Part shown: positions 29,214 through 39,468 of the stretch, piece after piece | How the letters are laid out: each line of letters begins with the position of its first letter | Numbering within the stretch: the stretch's first letter is position 1 | IMG/VR virus record: IMGVR_UViG_3300046536_000256 | Coordinates: 62,001-126,000 of that record | Reading direction: 5' to 3' (one strand) | DNA length: 64,000 nt | Position numbers and translations under genes: made by a program | Notes under the pieces: generated by a model | The model's input: only the letters and a program-made list of their open reading frames with translations | What the model was told of the DNA's origin: nothing | The model's database searches: none

Positions 29214-30087
29214 ATTTCTTCTCGATCGCTTCGATAGCGTGGGTGTTTTTGATGATCTCGTCTTGATAGATTTCGATCTCACGTTCGAGTTGTGGATCCT
29301 GGCCGCCACCTTTCTTGTTGATGGCCTGAGAGATCTTCATCGCGAACAGTTCGTTGTCGCGGCGCATTTGTTCGATGCGCATGATGTTGATCTTCGACCA
29401 CGCCAAGTGGAACCAGAAGATTGGGTTGACCATGTGCACGCCGAAGCCTTGCTTGAGCAGGTCGACCTTAGCGGTGCCTTCCATGCTTTCCAGCACGTCC
29501 AAGGAGTTCTTCGACACTTCCACATCGGCCAAGCTGTTCAGGCGCACCAGTATAGCGCGGGAACCCTTCATCAGTTCAACAGTCAGCTGGCGGAAGAACA
29601 GCTCGGTACCATTGACCCAGCGGGTGTCGTACTTGGTCAGGTACTGGTCCGAGTGAATGCCGCTGTTGTTCATGGTCAGCAGAACGTCGAAGACCATACG
29701 AACGTACTTGATCCAGAAGCTCAGGTGCTCGATCAGGTTCAGGATGTTTAGCTGTTTAAGTGTAACCAGCTTGCCGTCCCAGATCTTTTCGTTAAAGCCC
29801 TTGACCAACTTGATCACTTCAGGCACCAGCGATTGGATGCTGGCGACGCCGACCAGGATGGTGCCTGGGAAGTCGTTCATGAACAGACCTTGCGCACGCA
29901 GGAACTTTTCCAGGCCTTTCGAGATGATCCACTGCCCCGACGCCTCAGTCAGATCGACATCGCTGTTTTGAATGCGGTCTAGGTTGGCTTTCAGATCCGT
30001 GACCGCGACAGTGATGTTCAGCAGAGAGGAAATGATGTCTTCTTGCTTGAACGTCTGTACGCCAGCACTATATTCAATTGCGTCCAT
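29206..30087 (-). CDS. Inner-body/head protein (gp90-like)
   Basis: 293-aa helical protein with NPIF and a C-terminal DPQLE.EI; synteny. Confidence 0.7.
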   Translation of the reverse strand: MDAIEYSAGVQTFKQEDIISSLLNITVAVTDLKANLDRIQNSDVDLTEASGQWIISKGLEKFLRAQGLFMNDFPGTILVGVASIQSLVPEVIKLVKGFNEKIWDGKLVTLKQLNILNLIEHLSFWIKYVRMVFDVLLTMNNSGIHSDQYLTKYDTRWVNGTELFFRQLTVELMKGSRAILVRLNSLADVEVSKNSLDVLESMEGTAKVDLLKQGFGVHMVNPIFWFHLAWSKINIMRIEQMRRDNELFAMKISQAINKKGGGQDPQLEREIEIYQDEIIKNTHAIEAIEKKYA

Positions 30088-31203
30088 TTACGCGCCCCCG
30101 TTCAACAGTTTAACCAGATCAGCCAGCGTGTTGCTGCCCGCATCTTTCTTGGATTTGCCCGACAGGTCCTTACGAGTGTAAGTCTCTGCCATGTTCGAGC
30201 CGTGAGTGTAGAACGTGTAGATACCACGGTCTTCATTGCACACGACGATGGTGTTAGCCTTGACCGCTGCGAAGATCTTGTCGCGAGACTTCGGATCATC
30301 GAAACGCTTACCAATGGACAGCTCAAGCTGGTTGGCGGTGTCCTTGGTAAAGATGAAGCTGTTGGCCAAGCTGTTGAAGCTGACCAAGCCGGTACGGATC
30401 GCCGCCATGCGGTTACCAGTTTCACGGCTCAGGGCTTCTTTGTAGTAGCCGGACATGTCCTCGTTCTTGATGCGGAAGCGCTCTTTCACGAGGTCCAGAC
30501 CACTGATGAACTCAGGAGAGGTGATCTCGCCTGTTTTGACCATCAGCATGCGGGCGAAGAAACCGTCTTCACCTTTGGCCGCCGAGAAGACTTTGTCCAA
30601 GTCCTTTGGCTGGATCGGCACGGGGATTTGGCGGAAGGTCAGAGGGAACTCAACCTTAACGCCGTTGTCGCCGTAGATGGTGGCGTTAACCACTTTACCG
30701 ATGGCCAGCGGGGCGAACTCGTGCAGATCAGGGAAGGTCTTGCCGCCGACTTGAACGTAGTTGGCTTTACCCTCATCGTCATCTTTACCAGTACCGTCTT
30801 CCAGACCCTTGATGTTGTCATCAAGTGCTTCCGCACCCAGGACCGAGAGCATGCCGCCGCGGTTAGGGTTGATGGTGCCGATGATGTCGCGAACCTTGAC
30901 ACCCATGCCCGCAGAGTTCTGCAAAGCCAAGTGAGTCAGGGTTGCTACCACGTCACGCAACATGACGATTTGCATCAGGTCGCCCATGAACTCTTGGTGC
31001 AACAGAGACGCTTCCACAGCGACCATTGGGGCAATGATTGCTTGGTTCGCAGACTGTGTCACCGACGTGGTCGAAACCACATTGTATGAACGTTTTACTC
31101 GCTCCGCCGCATCAGCCGCCGAGCCAAGATCTTTGCTGTCTGGGTAGACTTTCGACGCGAAGTCGAGAAAGAAAGACCCCAGGTTAAGTACACTTCCGAT
31201 CAT
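30088..31203 (-). CDS. Inner-body/head protein (gp89-like)
   Basis: LGAE and KGLE cleavage-type sites; LAIGKVV and GEITS.EF...DL motifs; synteny. Confidence 0.7.
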   Translation of the reverse strand: MIGSVLNLGSFFLDFASKVYPDSKDLGSAADAAERVKRSYNVVSTTSVTQSANQAIIAPMVAVEASLLHQEFMGDLMQIVMLRDVVATLTHLALQNSAGMGVKVRDIIGTINPNRGGMLSVLGAEALDDNIKGLEDGTGKDDDEGKANYVQVGGKTFPDLHEFAPLAIGKVVNATIYGDNGVKVEFPLTFRQIPVPIQPKDLDKVFSAAKGEDGFFARMLMVKTGEITSPEFISGLDLVKERFRIKNEDMSGYYKEALSRETGNRMAAIRTGLVSFNSLANSFIFTKDTANQLELSIGKRFDDPKSRDKIFAAVKANTIVVCNEDRGIYTFYTHGSNMAETYTRKDLSGKSKKDAGSNTLADLVKLLNGGA

Positions 31204-31230
31204 GTTAACCTCTCCAAGAAGGAATAATTT

Positions 31231-32304
31231 ATGGCTGATAGCCCAAGTTCTAATGAGGGATGGTTTGAAGGGACACCAGGTAACGAGAAACCTACTGTCG
31301 CGCTTGATTCACAGAGCGTCCCTGAATACCTTGATTACGCGTTCAGAGAGAATGGTGGACCCGGTTACCAGAGTGCGTTGGTTAACATGCTCCGAGGTAT
31401 CAGAATTCTCGGCCCAGGGAACCAGCTAGCGCCCATCCCCGACGACACCATAGGATTAGCGTTTGTTAGCCGTCCCATGCTCAATTTGTCCGACGAAAAC
31501 GTCATCAAACACCCACAGCTCGCCCCTCTTTATAAGCCTCAGAAAAACACCCTGATGGCTTACCTCAAAGGGTTGCTGGATCCAACGTGGGGACGTGGTA
31601 ACGCTGGGCTCTCTGATATCCTCGATCCACTATGTCCTTGGATACCGCCGTGCACCAACCAATTGAAGGTCAGTTCGGGTTTCCCTGACCTTCAATTGCA
31701 AATGGGTAAATCCAACCCCGGGTTTCGTAAAGAGGTTTACCAGTACGTGAACAGCGTGCTTAAAGTGAACTACGACTACGACTTGCGACAGTCTTACACC
31801 ATCGCAAAGCCCAACGTGCTTCCTTATATGTTTGAAGCTTGGGTTCACTACATCGAAGCCGTGCGGTTAGGTGACGAAGGTCTGGAACCTTATCCTGAAG
31901 CGTTGATCGAGAACTACATCGATTACGACTGCCGGATCTACCACATGATCTTGAACAAAGACATGCGGAGTATCGAGTGGTTGTTCTGTAGCGGTAGCAG
32001 CATACCGACTACGTTCCCGTCGGGTGCGTTCAGTACCATCGACCGGACACAGAACTCGCTCCGCGGTCAAGGGCAGGACGAGATGGAGGTTAACTTCTCT
32101 TCCGTAGGTTTCCGGTTTGGTAACATTCAAATCGCCGACATGTTTAACCGCACCACTGTGAAGTTCAATCCGGGGATGCTGCCTTCTGTACGGGATCAGA
32201 AATACCGCCAGCTAACAATGGCTGAGTACTTTGGCGGTGGTTACGAGTCCTACCCGTGGATTAACATCGACTCAATGCAGATTGAATACTGGAGTAAGAT
32301 CTAA
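31231..32304 (+). CDS. Baseplate/tail-tube-like structural protein (gp88-like)
   Basis: F.SRPMLNLS, SSGFPD and WVHYI...DY.CRIY motifs; divergent from the gp89-like gene. Confidence 0.65.
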   Translation: MADSPSSNEGWFEGTPGNEKPTVALDSQSVPEYLDYAFRENGGPGYQSALVNMLRGIRILGPGNQLAPIPDDTIGLAFVSRPMLNLSDENVIKHPQLAPLYKPQKNTLMAYLKGLLDPTWGRGNAGLSDILDPLCPWIPPCTNQLKVSSGFPDLQLQMGKSNPGFRKEVYQYVNSVLKVNYDYDLRQSYTIAKPNVLPYMFEAWVHYIEAVRLGDEGLEPYPEALIENYIDYDCRIYHMILNKDMRSIEWLFCSGSSIPTTFPSGAFSTIDRTQNSLRGQGQDEMEVNFSSVGFRFGNIQIADMFNRTTVKFNPGMLPSVRDQKYRQLTMAEYFGGGYESYPWINIDSMQIEYWSKI

Positions 32305-35231
32305 TGGCTATGTCCCAAGACGATCTGGAACGATTGGCTAACAACCCACAGCGTGGGATCAACCTGATTGTCGATGAGATCGAAAAGAACTGGTTCAACG
32401 GCACCGTCAAGCTGAACAGTAAAGCGCACCCCGCCGTCCTCTGTATGGATTTGATCCTGGGCACCTCGCATGGTTTCCTGAACCGTCTGAGCGACGCCAA
32501 CAGCAAGGTAGCCCTGAAGCACGCGCGTAACGTCAGCGACCTCAGCCGCAACATGAGTGACGATGAGCGGTTCGGCCTGTTCGCTAACCCTGCCGATTCC
32601 ATGATGCAGTATGCGATTTCGGAAGATGCGTTTAAAGACATCGCCAAAGACGTCACTGTAACCCAAGGCAAAACCACTATGACCTACAAAGTCATATTGA
32701 TTCCAAAGGACACGGTATTCGACGTTAACGGCTATTCCTTCGCGGTGAACAACGGCATCGAACTGCGTTACAGCGAGAAGGCTGGCTGGCAAGCGGTGTA
32801 CGACGAACAAACCAACAACCCGTTCCAACCGATCGGCACTAACCTGATCGACAAGGACAAGAAGTTGGTGAACGGTACAATGTATCGCCTGTTCAACATC
32901 CCCGTTACGCAGTTGGCGATCAAGGCTACCGAGAACATCACTTCCAACGAAGGTTCGGGTTGCCGCGGGACAGTTGACTATCCGGACTACCTGTTCGGTG
33001 TGCGGGCATTCCTGGTGCAGAACGGTGTGTTGTCGGAGATCGCAGTGTCCTTTGACCAGGACGTGTTCGACCCACTGACCGTGACGCTGGCGTTGGACAT
33101 CGACACCGTGAATAACGTATTCAACTACGAGATCCCGGACGTCTACATCACCAACAAGCTAGGCGTGGGTTCCATCCGGATCTACACGTACACCACCAAA
33201 GGTGTATTGTCCAAGAACCTTACCCTGACCCCGTCGCAATCGATTACTCCTAACTACCAGGACTTCCGTTACGGCGCTGGTAAGCTGGGCGATACCTCGG
33301 TCATGCTGCGTAACGCCAAGGGTGCTGCGTGGGCAATGGTTGACGTGACTACCGGGGGTACTAACCCAGTACCGTTCAACGTCATGAAACAAGCGCTGAT
33401 TGACGGCCGTCGTCAACGCAATACCCCGATCACCGAAAGCAACCTGAAAGGCATGGTGGAGAACTACGGTTACGGTTCGGTTAAGACCATCGACTACCTA
33501 ACAGGCCGGGCTTACTCGCTCAGCAAGGAATTGCCTATCCAGGACAACAAGGGCTTCTACGCTCCGATGTCTTGCTACGTGGGCAGTCACTTAGCTTCGG
33601 CGAACGATTTGGTGGGCGCGGGGGTTGTGTTGGACAACGGTAAGCGGATCACCATTCCGCACAACGTGCTGTTCGATATCACCACGCCAACCTCTAAGCT
33701 GGTTAACGACCTGACGAAGAACCGTTACCTGGGCATGACCAGTGATCAGATTGTAGACCTCATGGGTGCAAATACCTTGGTGTACACTCCGTTCTACTAT
33801 GTCTTGGACATGACCAACAACCAAGCGGTACTGCGAACGTATCACCTAGATGCCCCGGTAGTGCGTAACCAGACCTTTGTTGCGGAGAACTCGACACTTG
33901 GGTTTGAACTGGGTGTGGGGTCGATTGCGATTGAGCATGTGGATACGGGTTACCTGATTACAATCGTGACCAAGTCTAACGACGCTTACAAGCAGCTGGA
34001 CAACAACCAGTTGGCGATGCAGCTCAGTATCAGCCCGCAAGACTCCAGCAGCTTGGCTAGCATTGCAGGGACTCTGATTGGGGTGACCGCGGACACCAAT
34101 GAGCGGATCTTCCAGTTTAATCTGGATACGAAGTTTGACGTTGATGTTAACGACATTCTTTACTTCACTAACCTGCATCAATTCGGGGCGGTACAACCAA
34201 GCACAGGTTCTACACTGGCAGTGGACATGACGTTCATCTTCTGCTTCGTGGGGGACATGGAGTTCTCGAAATCGGATTCTGATGCGAAGATCGATCAGAC
34301 ACTGTTCGCCGAGGACATGGTAGCGATCATCGAAACCGCCTACGGGATTACCTTTGGCAAGAAGATGGGGAACCTCTACAGTCGGATTCGTCCATTGGTC
34401 GGTGAAGCCCAGTACTTGCGTTATGCAGCGGATGTTCCTGAAACCTACACGACGAACGTGATGAAGCGTGTAAACGGCGAGCTGGTGTTCGATCCTGACA
34501 CTAACCTACCGATCATGGATCAGGTGGCGGGTCAGATCGTGTACAACGATGACGGCACTCCGCGCTTGCTGTACCGCGCGGGTATCGACGTGGTGTATCA
34601 GGATGGCGTCCCTGTCATGGTGGCTCCTCGAGACTTGAAGTACCATTGGGACTTCATTGCGTTCGACGGTAACTACTTCTTCAGTGACGACCAGTACGAC
34701 ATCCAGTTTGCGCTGGACACCAAGAACTACTTCGTTAACGTGATCAGTAAGGACCTGGAAGCCTTTACCTCGGAGTCGTTGGACCGTACCGAACTGTTCT
34801 ACCAGCCGCGCAGTAAGCTGGGGTATCAGAAGGTTGTGGTTAACAGCAACTACGAGTCGTTCCTCAAGCAAGACTTGGAGTTCACCATCACGTACTACCT
34901 GACGGGCGCTGGGTACAAGAACCAGAACCTGAAGGATGCGTTGTCGGCCAGTTCTCCTCGTGTGATCAACGAAGCGTTATACGGGGCTACCACCATCGGT
35001 ATCACTAACTTCGTAACCAGCTTGATGCAGGACGCTGGCGAACAAGTGGTGACGGTTAAACTCAGTGCAATCTCCGGTGACACAACCGTTGATGTAATCA
35101 GTAACGTGGACAACCTCACAGGCTTCAGTGTTCGTAAGAACTTGAAACTCTTGGGGGATGGCGGCGTAGGTGTTAAGGAAGCGATTGACATCATCTTCCT
35201 GCCGCACGACGCCAGCGTCGCTGGAGCATAG
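32304..35231 (+). CDS. Large baseplate (wedge-like) protein (gp87-like)
   Basis: 975 aa, beta-rich; TTGG.N...PITE and YTPFYYVLD motifs; synteny. Confidence 0.65.
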   Translation: MAMSQDDLERLANNPQRGINLIVDEIEKNWFNGTVKLNSKAHPAVLCMDLILGTSHGFLNRLSDANSKVALKHARNVSDLSRNMSDDERFGLFANPADSMMQYAISEDAFKDIAKDVTVTQGKTTMTYKVILIPKDTVFDVNGYSFAVNNGIELRYSEKAGWQAVYDEQTNNPFQPIGTNLIDKDKKLVNGTMYRLFNIPVTQLAIKATENITSNEGSGCRGTVDYPDYLFGVRAFLVQNGVLSEIAVSFDQDVFDPLTVTLALDIDTVNNVFNYEIPDVYITNKLGVGSIRIYTYTTKGVLSKNLTLTPSQSITPNYQDFRYGAGKLGDTSVMLRNAKGAAWAMVDVTTGGTNPVPFNVMKQALIDGRRQRNTPITESNLKGMVENYGYGSVKTIDYLTGRAYSLSKELPIQDNKGFYAPMSCYVGSHLASANDLVGAGVVLDNGKRITIPHNVLFDITTPTSKLVNDLTKNRYLGMTSDQIVDLMGANTLVYTPFYYVLDMTNNQAVLRTYHLDAPVVRNQTFVAENSTLGFELGVGSIAIEHVDTGYLITIVTKSNDAYKQLDNNQLAMQLSISPQDSSSLASIAGTLIGVTADTNERIFQFNLDTKFDVDVNDILYFTNLHQFGAVQPSTGSTLAVDMTFIFCFVGDMEFSKSDSDAKIDQTLFAEDMVAIIETAYGITFGKKMGNLYSRIRPLVGEAQYLRYAADVPETYTTNVMKRVNGELVFDPDTNLPIMDQVAGQIVYNDDGTPRLLYRAGIDVVYQDGVPVMVAPRDLKYHWDFIAFDGNYFFSDDQYDIQFALDTKNYFVNVISKDLEAFTSESLDRTELFYQPRSKLGYQKVVVNSNYESFLKQDLEFTITYYLTGAGYKNQNLKDALSASSPRVINEALYGATTIGITNFVTSLMQDAGEQVVTVKLSAISGDTTVDVISNVDNLTGFSVRKNLKLLGDGGVGVKEAIDIIFLPHDASVAGA

Positions 35232-35240
35232 TTGCAAACA

Positions 35241-35288
35241 TAACCCCCACCCATGCCTTCCTTAACGGGGGCATGGGTAGGGAGTTAC
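35241..35288. terminator. Bidirectional terminator between convergent genes
   Basis: acccatgcctt...ggggcatgggt; minus-strand tail TTATGTTTGC. Confidence 0.75.
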
Positions 35289-36026
35289 TTACATCGTTAC
35301 TTCACGGTTGTCCGTCATGTCAACGAAGTTTTCCAGGTACGCGGCAAACAACAGCGAGAGTTCCGTGACCGCACCCAATGTACTGGAGCGCCAATCAACA
35401 TCGCCCAAACTGAGGCTGTATTTGTACGGGAAGTTTTCTTCGATAAACTTAGCGTGAGCCTTGTCCACCAAGTTTGGGATGTTCTCCAGGAACAGGTAGT
35501 CACCGTTTTCAACGCTTTCCACGGAAGGGCTAAGGTCACCCCATTGCTTTGGGTCAGGATCCAGCAACTGCGTTTTGATCTCGTACACGCCCCAATTAAC
35601 AAAGCCCATGTAACGAGACACCTGAGCTTTGAGGGTGTTGAGAGTGAACGCCGCATCCTGACACGCCAGGTTCTTCGAGTTGATGTCATCCAGGATGGCC
35701 TGAACCTTCTCGGAGATGTACACCCCGGCAGCCTCAAAGTACTTCTGGGCTTGTTCCGTAGCGATGGTATCGCTGATGCGCTTGTCGAGACCTTTGTTCA
35801 GGATGACCTGACCGTTCTCTTTCGGGAAGCTGTCGAACAGTCGGAGTTTGATTTCCGACGCTTCGCGCACAGGCCAGAAACGGTTAGCGACTTCACAAGC
35901 TTCCTTGTAAGAGACGCCTTCCTGGAGCTGTTTAACCAGATCCTTCATCGCAGCGGTGGAGTTGGTCATCTCGGCGTGCGCCGCGTTACGCAGCTCAACG
36001 AGTTGAGTCAAGCAAATGTCGGTCAT
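35289..36026 (-). CDS. Hypothetical, probable virion protein
   Basis: 245-aa ORF coupled to an upstream head-protein gene. Confidence 0.65.
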   Translation of the reverse strand: MTDICLTQLVELRNAAHAEMTNSTAAMKDLVKQLQEGVSYKEACEVANRFWPVREASEIKLRLFDSFPKENGQVILNKGLDKRISDTIATEQAQKYFEAAGVYISEKVQAILDDINSKNLACQDAAFTLNTLKAQVSRYMGFVNWGVYEIKTQLLDPDPKQWGDLSPSVESVENGDYLFLENIPNLVDKAHAKFIEENFPYKYSLSLGDVDWRSSTLGAVTELSLLFAAYLENFVDMTDNREVTM

Positions 36027-37552
36027 ACCATTTTCCCCCAGCCAGTTTGTTTGGAGAAGTTATTCAGCGTGGTTTTAACACCACCGAAGTCGTTCTTGAT
36101 GATGGTCTCAACGACCGCGGCATTCTTCTCGCCGAAGGTCTTTGCGTCCGCTTCTTTGATGAACACCATGTCGCGAGCGTAGGCGTAACCTTCCGAGTCA
36201 CCGAAACCAGCATGACCTTTAGCCCGTGCCTGCATCACCAGGTTCGCCGCTGTCTCTACTTCGCCCAACAGGCCGTTGTAGTAGTAGGCGTGCGCGCGGT
36301 TGTACCAGTCCGCCAAGTTAGATGCCTGGCGTTCAACGATCAACAGCGATTGCGAGATGCTGTAACAGAACTGAGAGAAGTTCCGTACGTCCGCGGCCAT
36401 CACCTGATACATCTGAGCCAACGCCGGGTAATTGTAGAAGCCAGCAATCTCATTGATCTTGTCGGCCTCACCCTTGTCGATTACCGAAGCCAAGTCCTTA
36501 AAGTTGATCTTGGACAGGTCAGCGGTGTTCTCGGTGATTTCAATGTACCGCGTGTTGAGCGCCTGGATGCTGTGCAGGATAGTCGAGACATCCTGTTTTC
36601 TCACCTTAACCATCTCGGTGACCACAGTCTCCTGGATCTTCTTGCGGCAATTGCTGAAGCCGCTCTGAAGCTCGTCGTTGCTGAACTTGATGTTGTACAG
36701 TGTTTCATACAACTTGCTGACCAAGCTGGCCACAACGTCGACATCAAGGCCCAGCACCACTTCGTTAATCTCCTTGGTCAGGCGGTTAACTTCAGGGGAC
36801 ATACTCACCGAGGTCTGCAACGCAGGGTTACCGGCACGCACACGGGTCTTGGTGTATTCCTTGCTAATCAATGCCTTAAGCGATTGATTGTTCTTGGCCA
36901 CCTTGTCCGTGATCTGACCCAGCTTAGCCATCGCCTGTTGCAGCAGTGGCATGGCTTCGATCAGACTGTCAATGGCGCCTTGGTCCGTTTCGAACTTGCT
37001 CTTCAGCAGGGTCAGCTGCGCGATCCGGTCCTGGTTAGGCGGCAGGTTCATCAGGAAGTTTTCGAGGTTGTATTCACTGGCGGGGAAACCCAGGCCACTG
37101 AGTACAGTAACGAACTCTTGCTTCAGTTTACCCAGGTCGTCGTTGATCGCCTTGTTGATACGGGCGCTCTTACGGAAACCAAAGATCCCTTTCACCGTGT
37201 CGACCACCCAGTCCACCGCCATGCGGATGTACTTGATGATGTTCTCGATAAAAGCCTTGAAGCCATCCTTAATAGCGCTGAAGAAACCTTCCTGACCAGC
37301 ACGGGCATTACGCTCAGACGGGAACGGGTCGTAGTTCTCGTGGTTTGCCAGTTTGAAGTGAGCCGCTACACGCTTGGAGAACTTACCCAGTTGCATGCTT
37401 TCAATGCCGCTGACCATGACGGTTGCATCGTCTTGCTGGGTTTCTTTGTAGTACTCGGTCAAATCAACGCGTTGTTTGCTGGTGCCCGGCTCATACGAAT
37501 CGTCCGGGTGACCAGTGGCGATCTGTTTGTATGTGTCCAGGTAATCACTCAT
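36023..37552 (-). CDS. Internal head protein (long helical/coiled coil)
   Basis: Start MSDYLD; SGIE and AGQE sites followed by GFFSAIKDGFKAFIENIIKYI. Confidence 0.7.
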   Translation of the reverse strand: MSDYLDTYKQIATGHPDDSYEPGTSKQRVDLTEYYKETQQDDATVMVSGIESMQLGKFSKRVAAHFKLANHENYDPFPSERNARAGQEGFFSAIKDGFKAFIENIIKYIRMAVDWVVDTVKGIFGFRKSARINKAINDDLGKLKQEFVTVLSGLGFPASEYNLENFLMNLPPNQDRIAQLTLLKSKFETDQGAIDSLIEAMPLLQQAMAKLGQITDKVAKNNQSLKALISKEYTKTRVRAGNPALQTSVSMSPEVNRLTKEINEVVLGLDVDVVASLVSKLYETLYNIKFSNDELQSGFSNCRKKIQETVVTEMVKVRKQDVSTILHSIQALNTRYIEITENTADLSKINFKDLASVIDKGEADKINEIAGFYNYPALAQMYQVMAADVRNFSQFCYSISQSLLIVERQASNLADWYNRAHAYYYNGLLGEVETAANLVMQARAKGHAGFGDSEGYAYARDMVFIKEADAKTFGEKNAAVVETIIKNDFGGVKTTLNNFSKQTGWGKMV

Positions 37553-37958
37553 GGCGGCCCACCAGTTCGGCCAGCAGGAATTCAACCAGCACGCTGAACT
37601 CTTCGTTCTGAGTGATGTCCACGCCTTCGGTACCCTCGACCACGACCACAGTGGTGAAAGGTTCAGGCAGACGGCCCTTGGTGATCAGTGCAGCACGCAG
37701 GGAGGCCATGCGGTACTTGACGGTTTCGAAAACAAACGGACCGTTGATCGGCGAGATTTTGTTCCAGCGGTCCAGTTGTTCCCAGACAGCTTGTTCTTCG
37801 TCAATGCTCAGGCCGATGCTCGAGCTGAACTTGAAGTGCTTGCGGATGATGGCGGTGGCGTAAGGTTCCAGAGCAAACTTCGCCAGTTGTTCAGGGCAGG
37901 TGATCCCCAAGCTGATCAGTTTGTTCTTGTAGTCGGCAACATGCGGCAAATGAGACAT
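37545..37958 (-). CDS. Small hypothetical/virion protein
   Basis: Start MSHLPH with an AGGAG SD. Confidence 0.65.
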   Translation of the reverse strand: MSHLPHVADYKNKLISLGITCPEQLAKFALEPYATAIIRKHFKFSSSIGLSIDEEQAVWEQLDRWNKISPINGPFVFETVKYRMASLRAALITKGRLPEPFTTVVVVEGTEGVDITQNEEFSVLVEFLLAELVGRHE

Positions 37959-37986
37959 GGTAATGCTCCTAATTAGTGGGGGTGTT

Positions 37987-39390
37987 TTACGCTGGCAAAG
38001 CTTCTGGATCACGCCGTTCTTTCAGTGCCGCCAACTTGACGGCGAACACGTTCAGTTCGTGGTTCGACAGAACCTGGGTGTAGTGCTCGATTTCTTGCAG
38101 CTTGAAATCACCACCGTTGAACACCCAACCCATGGCACGCTGGATAACGGTGTTGTCGTACCACGGTTTGAATTTCTTGTTCAGCTCGAGCATCTGGTCA
38201 ACGGTTTTCACCAACTCAGCTTTCTCGGCCGAACCCACGCCCTTGTCTTCTTTGATCTTGGCAACCATTTGACGGAGGGCATCTTCAAAGCGACGGTGAT
38301 CGGCGTTGTACACGCTCGAGTAACCTTTGCTGAAGTATTCGCAGACGAACAAAGTCGTGAAGAGGCATCCGCTGAAGATAGTAAATGGCAGAATACCACC
38401 TCCAGCCGCGAGGGTCAGCGCGATGCCAGGGGTCATCAACATTTCGATAATGATGGTAAAGAGGGCTGCGGAGATCAGGCTGTTGACCACATGGGTAATT
38501 GCACCAATGTCGATGAAAGCCGAGATCACAGCAATGATACCTTTGTCACACCCCATACGAATGGCGTACATGTCAGCAACCACTTCCGACGACATACGCT
38601 CTACGCCTACGGACAGACTACGGCGGCTGTTGCGCTGCACAGTCAGTTTGTTCCAATAGAGGACAAACGCTTCCTCGTTAGGGTTCTGGGCAATGGCTTG
38701 TAGTTCGGCAATCTTGGCTGGATCGAGTTCCAAGATGGAGGCGGTATCTTTCAACACCATCACGCGGTCCTCTTCACGCTCAGCCTTCTTGTAGAACTGT
38801 AGGGCTGCTTTCGCTACCAGGTTGTCCGACGCAGCGGTGTAGATCATCATGCAGCCACCGAAAACGTGGCCGAGTTCATGTGCAATAGCACCGGCAATGA
38901 TACCGTGGATTGGGACACCGTACTTGGCGACCTTCTCTGGTTCAAAGGGGACGCTCAGGTTTACGTTGATGTGCAGGTTAACCGGGATCGTTGCGAAGCT
39001 ACCGCTGACTTTACCAGTACTGTAATCGATGGAGCCCTTGAACAGCTTGACCTTGTTCTCGGCGAACCAGCGATACAAAGTGGTCTTGGTGATGCCCATC
39101 AGCTGGTCCGTACCTTCGTTGTTGAAAACGTGGTGCGGAGAGAAGTACCCAGTGTCAACCGCTAGGTTACCCTTCTCTTCAAGCTTGACCGTAATGTTCT
39201 TGAAGCCGGTGAATTCTTCGATGATCGGGAGGATGTCTTTAGCAACGTCCTTACCCAACACCGATTTACCATTAACCAAGGTAATGTTCTTTTCGACGGC
39301 AGTGCTCAGGATATCGTAGAACCGAGTGGTCTGAAAGTCGATGAATTCGATACCAGCACGGCTGGATTTAAGAAAATCAATAGAGATCAT
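37987..39390 (-). CDS. Probable virion protein with a zinc-metalloprotease signature and membrane segments (gp84-like)
   Basis: HELGH (38866-38880), downstream EVVAD, a long hydrophobic stretch and an N-terminal AGIE site. Confidence 0.65.
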   Translation of the reverse strand: MISIDFLKSSRAGIEFIDFQTTRFYDILSTAVEKNITLVNGKSVLGKDVAKDILPIIEEFTGFKNITVKLEEKGNLAVDTGYFSPHHVFNNEGTDQLMGITKTTLYRWFAENKVKLFKGSIDYSTGKVSGSFATIPVNLHINVNLSVPFEPEKVAKYGVPIHGIIAGAIAHELGHVFGGCMMIYTAASDNLVAKAALQFYKKAEREEDRVMVLKDTASILELDPAKIAELQAIAQNPNEEAFVLYWNKLTVQRNSRRSLSVGVERMSSEVVADMYAIRMGCDKGIIAVISAFIDIGAITHVVNSLISAALFTIIIEMLMTPGIALTLAAGGGILPFTIFSGCLFTTLFVCEYFSKGYSSVYNADHRRFEDALRQMVAKIKEDKGVGSAEKAELVKTVDQMLELNKKFKPWYDNTVIQRAMGWVFNGGDFKLQEIEHYTQVLSNHELNVFAVKLAALKERRDPEALPA

Positions 39391-39468
39391 GCGCGGACGC
39401 TCCTTTAAGTTGATACACAGACCCTATTAATATAGTGTCAAAAGCAGGCATAAAATGCAGGGTACTCC

